The notes beneath the pieces are model-generated. The model did not search any database. It had not been told where the DNA came from and was given only the letters and a program-made list of their open reading frames with translations. From assembly GCA_040384705.1 (NCBI GenBank), contig JAZKIU010000001.1, forward strand, positions 25,907 through 89,906: 64,000 nt of DNA, in the 5' to 3' direction. The stretch comes from Patescibacteria group bacterium (GTDB lineage: Bacteria; Patescibacteriota; Minisyncoccia; Phycocordibacterales; Phycocordibacteraceae). The position numbers were made by a program, and so were the translations under genes. Of the stretch, positions 26,637 to 36,069 are shown in pieces (within the stretch, counting starts at the first letter, position 1; each line of letters starts with the position of its first letter).

Positions 26637-27284
26637 TTATAACGCGAGCGCGAACCGCTCAAGGGCGAGCGGAAGCGGAAGGTCTCGCCCCCTTGAGTCC
26701 GAGAGAAGCTCGATAAGCGAAAGCGAGAGCGCTCTCGTCTCTTCCTTATCCCATCCGCGCCCTCCCTTCTGCATCAAATCGCGCGCCTTCCAGTGAAGAA
26801 GGCCGTGCACTGCCTCTGGAGCATCGCCCGCCCGTGTAGCCTTGATGATTTCCTTCCATAGCGCGGCGCTGTCCTTCGCTGCGAGCGCATTCACAAGCGC
26901 GCTATTGAATCCGCGATCCTTCGAAGCGACCGCGTCTATCTTGAACGTTTTCTCTGCAACGGCTTCGAGCTTCTTCGCACGCGCAGCAAGAAGCTTCGGC
27001 GCAAGCACCGCGACCGGATTATCGGACGAGGCGAGCAGGTCGATATGTTCGAGCACCATCTCACCGGACTCGCTAAGGGCGAACGGGTCGTCGAGCAGCA
27101 CGAGCGTCTTCGTGAAGAAGAGACCCTGGGAGGAGAGCGCCTCGAGGAGCGAGCTCGCGCTTACTTGGTCAGCGGATATGCGTATATAGGCTGCTTCGGG
27201 CGCCTTCGCGCGCGCAGCCGCCACCCAGGCGAACGCCTTCGCTCGCACCTTATTCGTATCGCTTCCGTGGAAAAGGTAGATCAC
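26637..27284 (-). CDS. holA: Short DNA polymerase III delta-like subunit
   Basis: MIYLFHGSD, QGLFFTKTLVLLD, LALERFAL; follows polA. Confidence 0.7.
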   Translation of the reverse strand: MIYLFHGSDTNKVRAKAFAWVAAARAKAPEAAYIRISADQVSASSLLEALSSQGLFFTKTLVLLDDPFALSESGEMVLEHIDLLASSDNPVAVLAPKLLAARAKKLEAVAEKTFKIDAVASKDRGFNSALVNALAAKDSAALWKEIIKATRAGDAPEAVHGLLHWKARDLMQKGGRGWDKEETRALSLSLIELLSDSRGRDLPLPLALERFALAL

Positions 27285-27303
27285 GTATCCAGTATATCCG
27301 AGC

Positions 27304-29694
27304 CTAGGAAAGCGGGGACATCTCGCCCCAGTTCTTTCCTACCTTCCCTTCCGCGATGATGGGCACGCCTTCCGCATCTTTTTCTGGCAGGACGTCCTCC
27401 ATCATCTTCTTTATCTTCGGCGCGAGCGTATCCACGAGCCCGTCGCGTATCTCGTATACGAGTTCGTCATGCACTTGGAGCAGCAGGTGCGCGTCCTCGT
27501 GCTGGCCCTCTTTCCGAAGCATGGTGTCGACTTCCACCATCGCGCGCTTGATGATGTCGGCCTGCGTCCCTTGTATCGGCGCATTGATGGCCATGCGTTC
27601 GGCCTGAGCGCGAACGTAGGGGAGTGGTGATTTCATCTCCGGGAATTGACGGCGCCTGCCGAACAATGTCTCGGTATATCCATTCTTCCGCGCGAACCCT
27701 CGGGTGGACTCGAGATATTTCGCGAGCGTATCAAAAGTGCGGAAATAGTCTTCGTGGAATTGGTGCGCTTCTGCGGTCGATACGCCGAGCTGGGTACGAA
27801 GCGAGTTCACGCCCATGCCGTACAGAATGCCGAAGTTGATTATCTTCGCTCGTCGGCGCATCTCGCGGTCCACGTTCTCGGGCGCTACCGCGAACACTGC
27901 TGCAGCCACTTCCTGGTGGACGTCTCGTCCGGAACGGAAGATATCGCCGAGCTTCTCGTCCTTCGAGAGTATCGCGGCAATGCGGAGCTCTATCTGTGAA
28001 TAGTCGAGGGCGACGAGGGTGAACCCGTCGCGCGCGATGAATGCGTTACGGATAGCACGGCCCTCTGGCGTGCGTATAGGAATGTTCTGGAGGCCCGGGT
28101 TCTGGCTCGCCATGCGGCCGGTGACCGCCCCTGTCTGCAGGAACTCCGCATGGAGACGGTCCTCGCTATCAAGAAGTGGCGGTATCGCTTCTATATACGT
28201 GCCGAGCAGCTTCATGAGCCCGCGATATTTGAGCACTTCGTCCACGATAGGATGGAGCTCCCGTATCTTCTCGAGCTCGGACTCCTTAGTCGAGCGCTGC
28301 CCGCCCGCAGTCTTCTTCTGCCCCTTCGTTACAAGCCCGAGCTCGTCGAAGAGGACGTCGCCAAGCTGCTTGGGCGACGAGACGTTGAACTCGTGCCCTG
28401 CCATCTTATAGATACCCTTCTCTATCCTCTCGAGCTCCTTGCGGTACGTAGCGCGCAGTCCCTCAAGCACCGAGCGGTCTATCTTCACGCCGCACTCGCC
28501 CATCTCGCGCACGATATCGATGAGTGGTTGCTCGATGGAATCGTATACCTCTTTCAATCTTCCAGTCGTAGCGATGTTCTTCGACAGGGTTTCGTATGCC
28601 TCTTCGAAGTTCTTCGCCTTGGTATACGCGAGCACGTCATCGAGCGATGGGTTCGTGAAGTCGGAGTGGAGCAGGAAGAGCATGACCTTCGCCTCGGCGA
28701 GCCGGTCGGATGCGACCGACTCCTCGTCCTCGAGCGGGCCGTCATCGAGGAAATCATCGTCCGTGCCGTCCTTCCCGAAGAGCGCCTGCGCGCGGGGACG
28801 GAGCGAGCGGAATCCGAACCTATCGAACAACGCCGCGATGACCTGCAGCGACACGCACTCGTTCCAGTCCTTCTCCGGAAGATGGAACGCGATGGGTGCG
28901 TCCATGCGAATGGTGGCAAGACTCTTTGAGAATCGCGCATCCTCTTCGTGCTCGATGAGCAGCTTCACGATACGCGGCTTTATGCCGGCCGTTATGAACG
29001 CTTCCTCCCCTTTCTTCAGCGCCTTGTATATATCCTCGACCGTACCGAACTTCTGGATGAGTTCGGTCGCGGTCTTCTCGCCGATGCCGGGCACGCCCTT
29101 GATGTTGTCTGAGGGATCGCCGCGCAGGCCCTTATAGTCCGCGATTAGCTTGGGCAGGAAGCCGTAGCGCTCTTCGACCGCCTTCTCGTCGTACAGGATG
29201 GTGTCATTCAAACCCTTCTTTAGGGTATACACCTGCACCTGCTTCCCTTTGATGAGCTGCATCGTATCCATATCGCCCGATGCGATGATTATCTCTATCT
29301 CCTTATCCTTCTCAAGCATTTTCACGATGGTGCCGATGACATCGTCCGCTTCGAAACCTGCACGTTCGTATATAGGAACGGAGAAGGCTTCGAACACATC
29401 GCGTGACGTAGTGAGCTGCTTGATGAGCGCATCGTCGGTCTTCGCGCGCGTCCCCTTATATTCCGCATATGCCTCGTGACGCACGGTGGGGCCCGCAAGG
29501 TCGTACGCCGCAACGATGTGGTCCGGCTTGAGCTCGCTCATGATGCGCAGAAGCATCGAGGAGAGTCCGTACAGGGCCCCAGTAGGTTCTCCATCGGGCC
29601 CCGTGAATTCCGGGAGCGCATGGTACGCCCGGTGGATGATGGCGTGCGCATCGAGAACGACGAGCCGAGTCTTGTTTGTGGTCTTCTTAGACAT
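27304..29694 (-). CDS. polA: DNA polymerase I
   Basis: 5'-3' exonuclease (EADDVIG, GDPSDNIKGVPGIGEKTA) and family A motifs DYSQIELR, AKIINFGILYG, QVHDEL. Confidence 0.97.
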   Translation of the reverse strand: MSKKTTNKTRLVVLDAHAIIHRAYHALPEFTGPDGEPTGALYGLSSMLLRIMSELKPDHIVAAYDLAGPTVRHEAYAEYKGTRAKTDDALIKQLTTSRDVFEAFSVPIYERAGFEADDVIGTIVKMLEKDKEIEIIIASGDMDTMQLIKGKQVQVYTLKKGLNDTILYDEKAVEERYGFLPKLIADYKGLRGDPSDNIKGVPGIGEKTATELIQKFGTVEDIYKALKKGEEAFITAGIKPRIVKLLIEHEEDARFSKSLATIRMDAPIAFHLPEKDWNECVSLQVIAALFDRFGFRSLRPRAQALFGKDGTDDDFLDDGPLEDEESVASDRLAEAKVMLFLLHSDFTNPSLDDVLAYTKAKNFEEAYETLSKNIATTGRLKEVYDSIEQPLIDIVREMGECGVKIDRSVLEGLRATYRKELERIEKGIYKMAGHEFNVSSPKQLGDVLFDELGLVTKGQKKTAGGQRSTKESELEKIRELHPIVDEVLKYRGLMKLLGTYIEAIPPLLDSEDRLHAEFLQTGAVTGRMASQNPGLQNIPIRTPEGRAIRNAFIARDGFTLVALDYSQIELRIAAILSKDEKLGDIFRSGRDVHQEVAAAVFAVAPENVDREMRRRAKIINFGILYGMGVNSLRTQLGVSTAEAHQFHEDYFRTFDTLAKYLESTRGFARKNGYTETLFGRRRQFPEMKSPLPYVRAQAERMAINAPIQGTQADIIKRAMVEVDTMLRKEGQHEDAHLLLQVHDELVYEIRDGLVDTLAPKIKKMMEDVLPEKDAEGVPIIAEGKVGKNWGEMSPLS

Positions 29695-30124
29695 AGGTAA
29701 TGGTGCGGGATTGGTCCGGTTCTACCGTAAGCGTTATGGCGACATCCGCTGTCGGCAGCCCGTCGGCGACCATCTCCGGCCACTCGAGCACTACGAGCGT
29801 CCGCGCATCCTTCATAAGATCTTCCCAGCCGAGCGGGCCGAGCTCTGCGCCTTCCTTCAAGCGGTACGCGTCTATGTGCGCCAACCGCCTGAACGGCTTA
29901 TCCTCCGCGAGCTGGTATACCTTCTCAAGTACGAACGTCGGGCTCGTGACGTGCTCCTCGATGCCGTACGCCTTCGCAAACGCCTGGGTGAACGAGGTCT
30001 TCCCCGCCCCGAGCTCGCCCGAGAGCGTAACGAGGGTCGCGCCACCCTCCTTCGGGGCAAGGCGCTCGGATAGCGCCTTCGCTTCCTGCGCGAGCTCGTC
30101 GAGGTCCTGGAGCTTCTTTCCCAT
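29687..30124 (-). CDS. tsaE: t6A biosynthesis ATPase TsaE
   Basis: LSGELGAGKT, VTSPTF, HIDAYRL, LEWPE; start set at ATG 30124. Confidence 0.95.
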   Translation of the reverse strand: MGKKLQDLDELAQEAKALSERLAPKEGGATLVTLSGELGAGKTSFTQAFAKAYGIEEHVTSPTFVLEKVYQLAEDKPFRRLAHIDAYRLKEGAELGPLGWEDLMKDARTLVVLEWPEMVADGLPTADVAITLTVEPDQSRTITYV

Positions 30125-30195
30125 GGTGGGATTGTACCAATATAAAAAAGCACCCGCTCCCCAGGGGGAAGCGGGCACAGTATTCGTTGGTTCGC

Positions 30196-30942
30196 CTATC
30201 GGCTCGCGCCCGCAAGAGCGGTGAGCACGCCGGCGGTGATGGCGAGGCTCTTCACGTGCTCGGAACCTTTGACCACGTAGCCGCCGTATTGAACGGTCAG
30301 CATGCGTTCGCAGTGCCACTTGTAGCCGCGGGGCGCTTGGGTGTTGGGCGGCGCCGGCGGGCACTGGTTGCCGTACTCCTTGTAGGGAAAGGGCCACACG
30401 ATGCCGCCGTAGAACCGCGATCCAGAGCTGCCGTACCGGCCGTAGCCGTAGTCGCGTTGGCCGCTGTAGCCGTAGTCGCGACCATCGGGCGTCTGGCACA
30501 TGTTCGACCGCAGATCGAATCCGCAGCCAATATTGCTGGCGTTGCTGCCGTACCCTCCGCGGTTGTAGCCGCGATAGTCGTTCGCGACGCGCACAGGCTC
30601 GGGATACGCCTGCGAAGGCGGTTCCCGATAGCTCGGTGCGTAGCTCGTGGGCGTCGTAGAGGATTCGGAAATCCGGTACTCCTCGAGCGGAGTGATGCCG
30701 CTCGAACGCATCGTGGCTGCCGGAGCAGGCGACGCGTGCTCGATCGGGCTTTCCGTGAACGCGAGCTGGCGCGGGTGCGCGGCGTAGGCGGTAGGCGCGG
30801 CCGGAGCCGCAATCGATTTCGAGCAGTCTTTCGACATGTTGCCCGAGAAGGATTTGAAGCATTTCGCCGACGCGGTGCCGCCGAACGCGATGGTGGCGAT
30901 TATGGCGATGGAAGGAACGCCAAGAAGAGCGCGAAGGCGCAT
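30196..30942 (-). CDS. Secreted Tyr/Gly/Pro-rich hypothetical protein (ORFan)
   Basis: Signal peptide ending ASA; AGGAG 7 nt before the ATG; downstream hairpin. Confidence 0.6.
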   Translation of the reverse strand: MRLRALLGVPSIAIIATIAFGGTASAKCFKSFSGNMSKDCSKSIAAPAAPTAYAAHPRQLAFTESPIEHASPAPAATMRSSGITPLEEYRISESSTTPTSYAPSYREPPSQAYPEPVRVANDYRGYNRGGYGSNASNIGCGFDLRSNMCQTPDGRDYGYSGQRDYGYGRYGSSGSRFYGGIVWPFPYKEYGNQCPPAPPNTQAPRGYKWHCERMLTVQYGGYVVKGSEHVKSLAITAGVLTALAGASR

Positions 30943-31045
30943 GATGAGTCTCCTGATTGCTTGGTTACTGAGGTATAGTATAGCAAAATACACGGTAAAT
31001 GTCAATAGCCTGGCCCTTTCCGCAGGGTGCTACTATATGGCCTAT

Positions 31046-32719
31046 ATGCCGGCTCATTTCGATACCGATGCGGAGGACGCGAAGCTAGCGTCCGTCCGCG
31101 AGAAAGAGGAGGAGGACCTCGCCCAGATACTCTCCGAGAAGCACGGACTTCCCTACACCGACCTCTCGGTCGTGCCCGTGAACATGGACGCGCTCCGCAT
31201 CATCCCGGAGACACAAGCAAAGGAAGCGGAAGTGGTCGCGTTCGATAAGAATGGTAAGCACGTCTCGCTCGCAATTCAGAACCCCGAGAATATCGCGCTC
31301 GCGAAGGTGGTGAGCGACCTCGAAGCCCAGGGCCTCATCATCGCGAAGTTCCTCGCCTCGAGAAAGAGCCTCGAGAAAGCGCTTTCCCGCTACGCCGACC
31401 TTTCCTATGCCCACGAGGATAGGGCGGGCATGTTCGACATCAAGAGCGAGGAGATCCATGAACTCACTAATAAGCTGACTGATATCGCAGCGCTCCGCGA
31501 CGACCTCACCAAGAGCATGGAGGTGGGCCACCGCGCGCAGACCTCGAGGATATTGGAGCAGATGCTCGCGGCAGCGCTCTCTATGCGCGCTTCCGATATC
31601 CACATAGAACCTGAGGAGGCCGGAATACGCCTTCGCCTTCGCATCGACGGTCTGCTGACCGATGTGTTCATGTTCGATTCTCACGGGTACGAACTCCTCG
31701 CGTCCCGCATCAAGCTCCTTTCGGGACTCAAGCTCAATATCAAGGACCGGGCGCAGGACGGACGCTTCTCCATTGTCGTGAACAATGAGATAGAGGTTCG
31801 TACCTCCGTTATCCCAGGCGCATATGGCGAATCGATTGTCATGCGTATCCTCAATCCCAATACCCTTTCCATATCCTTCGAGGGCCTCGGCATCCACGAG
31901 AAGATTCTCGCGAAGCTCGCCGTCGAGCTCAAGCGCCCTAACGGGATGCTCCTTACGACCGGCCCCACGGGCTCGGGTAAGACGACGACGCTGTATGCGT
32001 TCCTTAAGTATCTCCATACGCCTGACATAAAGATAATCACTATCGAGGACCCGGTGGAATACCATATCCCCGGCATCGTGCAGACGCAGGTGAACCATAA
32101 GGACTACACCTTCGCTGCGGGACTCCGCTCCATTCTGCGCCAGGACCCGGACGTCATCATGGTGGGCGAGATACGCGATGCAGAAGTGGCAGAGACCGCT
32201 ATTCAAGCAGCGCTCACCGGTCACTTCGTGTTCTCAACACTCCACACCAATAACGCAGCGGGTACCTTCCCCCGCCTGGTCGATCTTGGTATCGATTCCA
32301 AAACATTCGCATCCGCCATTACCGTCGCGATGGCGCAGCGTCTCGTGCGCACGCTCGACCATGATCGCCGCAAGCAGGTCCCGCTTACCGACGAGCAGAA
32401 GAGGACAGTCGAAAAGATATTCTCGACCGTCGAGGATAAGTCGCTCCTCCCTGCTTCATACGACATGACGTGGGTACCAGATGCCGCAGAGGGAGACGAG
32501 ACGTCGGGATACAAAGGCCGCATGGGCCTCTACGAAGCGATATTCATGGACGATGAGCTGGGTGAGTTCTTGCGCGATAACCCGAGCGAGCATGACATCG
32601 CGAAGCATGTACGCCGCCAGGGCGCGCTCACCATGGCGCAGCAGGGCGTCATCGACGCACTTAATGGACTGACCTCGCTCGATGAGGTGTTCCGCATCGT
32701 CGATATCCCCCGCGATTAG
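31046..32719 (+). CDS. pilB: Type IV pilus extension ATPase, GspE/PilB family
   Basis: ASDIHIEP, QDGRF, GPTGSGKTT, TIEDPVEY, LRQDPDVIMVGEIRD, STLHTN. Confidence 0.9.
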   Translation: MPAHFDTDAEDAKLASVREKEEEDLAQILSEKHGLPYTDLSVVPVNMDALRIIPETQAKEAEVVAFDKNGKHVSLAIQNPENIALAKVVSDLEAQGLIIAKFLASRKSLEKALSRYADLSYAHEDRAGMFDIKSEEIHELTNKLTDIAALRDDLTKSMEVGHRAQTSRILEQMLAAALSMRASDIHIEPEEAGIRLRLRIDGLLTDVFMFDSHGYELLASRIKLLSGLKLNIKDRAQDGRFSIVVNNEIEVRTSVIPGAYGESIVMRILNPNTLSISFEGLGIHEKILAKLAVELKRPNGMLLTTGPTGSGKTTTLYAFLKYLHTPDIKIITIEDPVEYHIPGIVQTQVNHKDYTFAAGLRSILRQDPDVIMVGEIRDAEVAETAIQAALTGHFVFSTLHTNNAAGTFPRLVDLGIDSKTFASAITVAMAQRLVRTLDHDRRKQVPLTDEQKRTVEKIFSTVEDKSLLPASYDMTWVPDAAEGDETSGYKGRMGLYEAIFMDDELGEFLRDNPSEHDIAKHVRRQGALTMAQQGVIDALNGLTSLDEVFRIVDIPRD

Positions 32720-32724
32720 AACGT

Positions 32725-32750
32725 AAAAAGCGCCCCACGGGGCGCTTTTT
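32725..32750. terminator. Bidirectional terminator
   Basis: AAAAAGCGCCCC-AC-GGGGCGCTTTTT. Confidence 0.75.
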
Positions 32751-32770
32751 ACTCATGTACGTTCTCGCGC

Positions 32771-32931
32771 GATCCCGCACATTACCCTCCAGGCACGATC
32801 ATCCGAATGGATGACTGAACAAATCGCCTGAGGAGTGTCCCAGCGCTCCGCATACGAGTGCGGTACCAGAATGTCCTTGGGGAAAAGCCCAAAAGCCGTC
32901 AAGCCTTGCCTAGAGGGTGATGAGTAGGATC
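32771..32931 (-). ncRNA. Candidate structured ncRNA, 6S RNA-like
   Basis: 25-bp closing stem (32771-32795 with 32907-32931), central bubble, irregular apical stem; no credible ORF. Confidence 0.5.
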
Positions 32932-33032
32932 TAAGGGGCCGCGTTCCTTACCAAGGTAAAGAAAAAGGCCCGGTGAGAATGTTCTCACAAGGCCGACCCC
33001 TGTGTGCTAGAATACTAGCATACCTCGATTTT

Positions 33033-34013
33033 ATGTCAAGTACCCCTGACACGATTCGGATAAAAGACCAGTCCCTCGATTCGGCCCTCCGCCCTACCCT
33101 GTGGGATGAGTACATAGGCCAAGGGCACGTGAAGGCGAACGTGCAGGTTGTCCTCACCGCGGCCAAGAACCGCGGCGACATGCCCGAACATCTCCTTTTC
33201 TATGGCCCTCCGGGGGTCGGCAAGACCACGCTCGCCCATCTTGTAGCCCACACGCTTGAGGCCCCTATCAAATCGACGTCCGGGGTCGCGATAGAGCGCG
33301 CAGGAGACCTCGCTGCCATACTTACGAACCTTGAGCCGGGCACCGTCCTCTTCATCGACGAGATTCACCAGCTTTCCCATAAGATTGAGGAGCTTCTATA
33401 CCCGGCGCTTGAGTCGGGCTCGCTCGATATCATCCTCGGGAAAGGTCCGTCAGCGCGCACCGTCGAGCTCGCGCTCCCGCCATTCACCCTCGTGGGCGCC
33501 ACCACCCGCGTCGCGCAGCTATCGAGCCCGCTCCGCTCGCGCTTCGGCGGTGGTGTGTACCAGCTCGATTTCTATACCGAGGACGACTTGAAGAGCATCA
33601 TTAAGCGTTCCGCTGGTGTGCTTAGCCTTTCGGTGGATGACGCGGTTGTTGACCGCATCGCGAGCCGTAGCCGCGCGACCCCAAGGGTCGCGAACGCGCT
33701 CCTCAAGCGCGTGCGTGACTATTCGGAAGTGAAGAATGTCCCTATCACGCCCGAGGTGTGCGATCTCGCCTGCGAGATGTTCGGTATCGATGAACTCGGG
33801 CTCACCAAAGACGACCGTCGCTACCTCACGACATTGCGGGATAGCTTCAAGGGCGGGCCCGCTGGTATTCGTGCGCTCGCAAGCGGACTCCACGAGGATC
33901 CTGAGACTGTTGAGAACGTGTACGAGCCGTATCTCCTGCGTCTTGGATTCATCGAACGCTCTCCAAGGGGACGTATCCTCACCTCAAAAGGCAGGGAGTA
34001 TTTGGGAGACTGA
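33033..34013 (+). CDS. ruvB: Holliday junction helicase RuvB
   Basis: LRP..WDEYIGQ, GPPGVGKTT, FIDEIH, PLRSRFG, YEPYL. Confidence 0.97.
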   Translation: MSSTPDTIRIKDQSLDSALRPTLWDEYIGQGHVKANVQVVLTAAKNRGDMPEHLLFYGPPGVGKTTLAHLVAHTLEAPIKSTSGVAIERAGDLAAILTNLEPGTVLFIDEIHQLSHKIEELLYPALESGSLDIILGKGPSARTVELALPPFTLVGATTRVAQLSSPLRSRFGGGVYQLDFYTEDDLKSIIKRSAGVLSLSVDDAVVDRIASRSRATPRVANALLKRVRDYSEVKNVPITPEVCDLACEMFGIDELGLTKDDRRYLTTLRDSFKGGPAGIRALASGLHEDPETVENVYEPYLLRLGFIERSPRGRILTSKGREYLGD

Positions 34014-34034
34014 GAGACATATCTAACCAGTAGT

Positions 34035-34787
34035 ATGTCGCAAATACGTTTGGTTTCCTTGAACGTCGAGAGGTCCAGGCACCTTGAGAGGGTTCTGCCC
34101 TTCCTGATTGGACAGAATCCGGACATCGTCTGCATACAAGAACTCTGCGAGCTGAACATACCTGCATTCGAAAATGCGCTCGGTGTAAAATGCCTCTTTA
34201 CCCCACTGAAACATAATGGCCAAGACGGCCCGCTCAAGACCGAGGGTTTGGGGGTCTTCTCCCTCTTGAGGATTCTCTCAAGCGGGGTGGATTTCTACGT
34301 CGGGAATAGAGAATATATCCCAACCTATGGGCAGTCATCCGACCCTACAAAACAAATGAGTGACCGCTGTGCGCTCGTCAGCATTGCTGTCGAGAAGGAT
34401 GATGTGGAGTTCCGAGTCGCAACGACCCATTTCGCCTGGACGCCCGATGGGCAACCTGATGAATTCCAGTTGAGAGCGTTCGAAGGGCTTAAACAGGTGC
34501 TCGAAACAAAGAGCGGCTTAATCTTATGCGGCGACTTCAACGCGCCCCGAGGAGGAGAGATATTCAGCGCCTTAGCAAGGCAGTACACCGACAATATCCC
34601 GCAGAAGTACATAACGAGCCTGGATAGGAAGCTGCACAGAGCTGGTCATCTTGATCTCATGGTGGACGGCCTTTTCACTACTTCGGAGTACGCAGCAATG
34701 GACGTGGAGCTTGTGTGCGATATCAGTGACCATTGCGCCGTGACCGCGAACCTCATTCGGCTGGAAGCCAACGCACAAAAGCTGTAA
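34035..34787 (+). CDS. Endonuclease/exonuclease/phosphatase family protein
   Basis: SLNVE, CIQE, TTHF, CGDFNAP, SDHC. Confidence 0.9.
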   Translation: MSQIRLVSLNVERSRHLERVLPFLIGQNPDIVCIQELCELNIPAFENALGVKCLFTPLKHNGQDGPLKTEGLGVFSLLRILSSGVDFYVGNREYIPTYGQSSDPTKQMSDRCALVSIAVEKDDVEFRVATTHFAWTPDGQPDEFQLRAFEGLKQVLETKSGLILCGDFNAPRGGEIFSALARQYTDNIPQKYITSLDRKLHRAGHLDLMVDGLFTTSEYAAMDVELVCDISDHCAVTANLIRLEANAQKL

Positions 34788-34797
34788 GCTTGAAGCA

Positions 34798-35355
34798 ATG
34801 TCAGGACACAGTAAATGGTCTCAGATAAAGCGACAGAAGGGCGTCACTGACGCCGCTAAAAGCCGTACCTTCTCCCGCTTCGCCCGGCTTATCGCCATCG
34901 AATCCAAGAAGGCGAACGGTAACCTCTCCTCTCCCGGTCTCGTGACAGCTATTGAGCGCGCGAAGGCGGCGAACATGCCCAAAGACAACATCGAACGTGC
35001 CGTCACCAAAGGTAACTCCAAAGACGCGAGCGACCTCGAACAAGTCGTCTATGAATTCTATGGACCCGGCGGCACCGCACTTATCGTCGACGCGCTCACC
35101 GACAATAAGAACCGAACCACACAGGAGATAAAGCACCTTATGACGAAGAACGGATTCGAACTCGGGAGCCCCGGTTCCGCGCTCTGGGCATTCACGAAGT
35201 CCCTGGACGGCACCCTCGCACCGAACGAACCGCTCATGGATCTCTCCGAAACAGATGAGACTGCGCTTGGTGCCATCCTTGAGCTATTCGATGACCATGA
35301 GGATGTGCAGCAGGTATATACGAATGCGCGCGGGTTCGAGACGACGCGCGAATAA
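34798..35355 (+). CDS. yebC: YebC/PmpR family protein (short form)
   Basis: MSGHSKWSQIKRQKG, NMPKDNIERA, TDNKNRT, DVQQVYTN. Confidence 0.93.
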   Translation: MSGHSKWSQIKRQKGVTDAAKSRTFSRFARLIAIESKKANGNLSSPGLVTAIERAKAANMPKDNIERAVTKGNSKDASDLEQVVYEFYGPGGTALIVDALTDNKNRTTQEIKHLMTKNGFELGSPGSALWAFTKSLDGTLAPNEPLMDLSETDETALGAILELFDDHEDVQQVYTNARGFETTRE

Positions 35356-35357
35356 CG

Positions 35358-35831
35358 ATGAGGGTGCTCGCTATCGATCCTGGGTTCGATAGGCTCGGGT
35401 TAGCGGTGCTCGAGGGAGACCCCTCCCGCCCCACCCATATATGGAGCGACTGCGTCATCCCGCCCAAAGGAACCGCTGATGAACGTCTTGCGGTCGTACA
35501 TAACGCGGTCGCGCTTGCGATACGTATGTACGCCCCTGATTTCCTTGCGCTCGAGACGCTTTTCTTCAGCACGAACAAGAAGACGGCCCTGGGAGTAGCG
35601 GAAGCAAGAGGCGCAGTACTCTCGGCTGCAGGAGAAGCTGGTATTCCAGTCACTGAGCATTCCCCGGGCACGGTGAAGCTCGCAGTTACCGGGAACGGGC
35701 GGGCGGATAAGAAGTCGATCGCCATGATGGTGCCTAAATTGATAGTCCTCCCACCAAAGAAGCGCCTCGATGACGAGTTCGACGCGATTGCGGTGGGCAT
35801 CTGCGCCTTGTCCACATACCGAGGTCGGTAA
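35358..35831 (+). CDS. ruvC: Holliday junction resolvase RuvC
   Basis: LAIDPG, ALETLFF, EARG, GNGRADK, DDEFDAIAV. Confidence 0.96.
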   Translation: MRVLAIDPGFDRLGLAVLEGDPSRPTHIWSDCVIPPKGTADERLAVVHNAVALAIRMYAPDFLALETLFFSTNKKTALGVAEARGAVLSAAGEAGIPVTEHSPGTVKLAVTGNGRADKKSIAMMVPKLIVLPPKKRLDDEFDAIAVGICALSTYRGR

Positions 35832-35910
35832 GGTTGCAAACTTTTTCCCGTCTGCTCAAATGGGTGGGCAACGCGCCCACGCGCGAGCATGATCAAAATA
35901 ATTGATACGT

Positions 35911-36024
35911 ATGGCAGAAGACGAACTCGAAGAGGCTGGGCTTGACCCGGAGGCGGCAACCGAAGACGAGGAGGATGACCTCCCCGTCGACATCGCTCTT
36001 GAGGAAGAAGAGGACGAGATGTAA
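35911..36024 (+). CDS. 37-aa hyper-acidic micropeptide
   Basis: MAEDELEEAGLDPEAATEDEEDDLPVDIALEEEEDEM*; terminator 3 nt after the stop; below the ORF-track cut-off. Confidence 0.7.
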   Translation: MAEDELEEAGLDPEAATEDEEDDLPVDIALEEEEDEM

Positions 36025-36027
36025 GAC

Positions 36028-36052
36028 AAAGCGGCCCTAACGGGCCGCTTTT
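36028..36052 (+). terminator. Intrinsic terminator
   Basis: AAAGCGGCCC-TAAC-GGGCCGCTTTT. Confidence 0.7.
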
Positions 36053-36069
36053 GTGCTAGCATACCCCTC

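Noticed and set aside
29687-30862. 391-aa ORF suggesting a TsaE fusion
   Set aside because: The upstream part is an alternative frame of the 30196-30942 gene; TGGTACAAT sits 6 nt before ATG 30124
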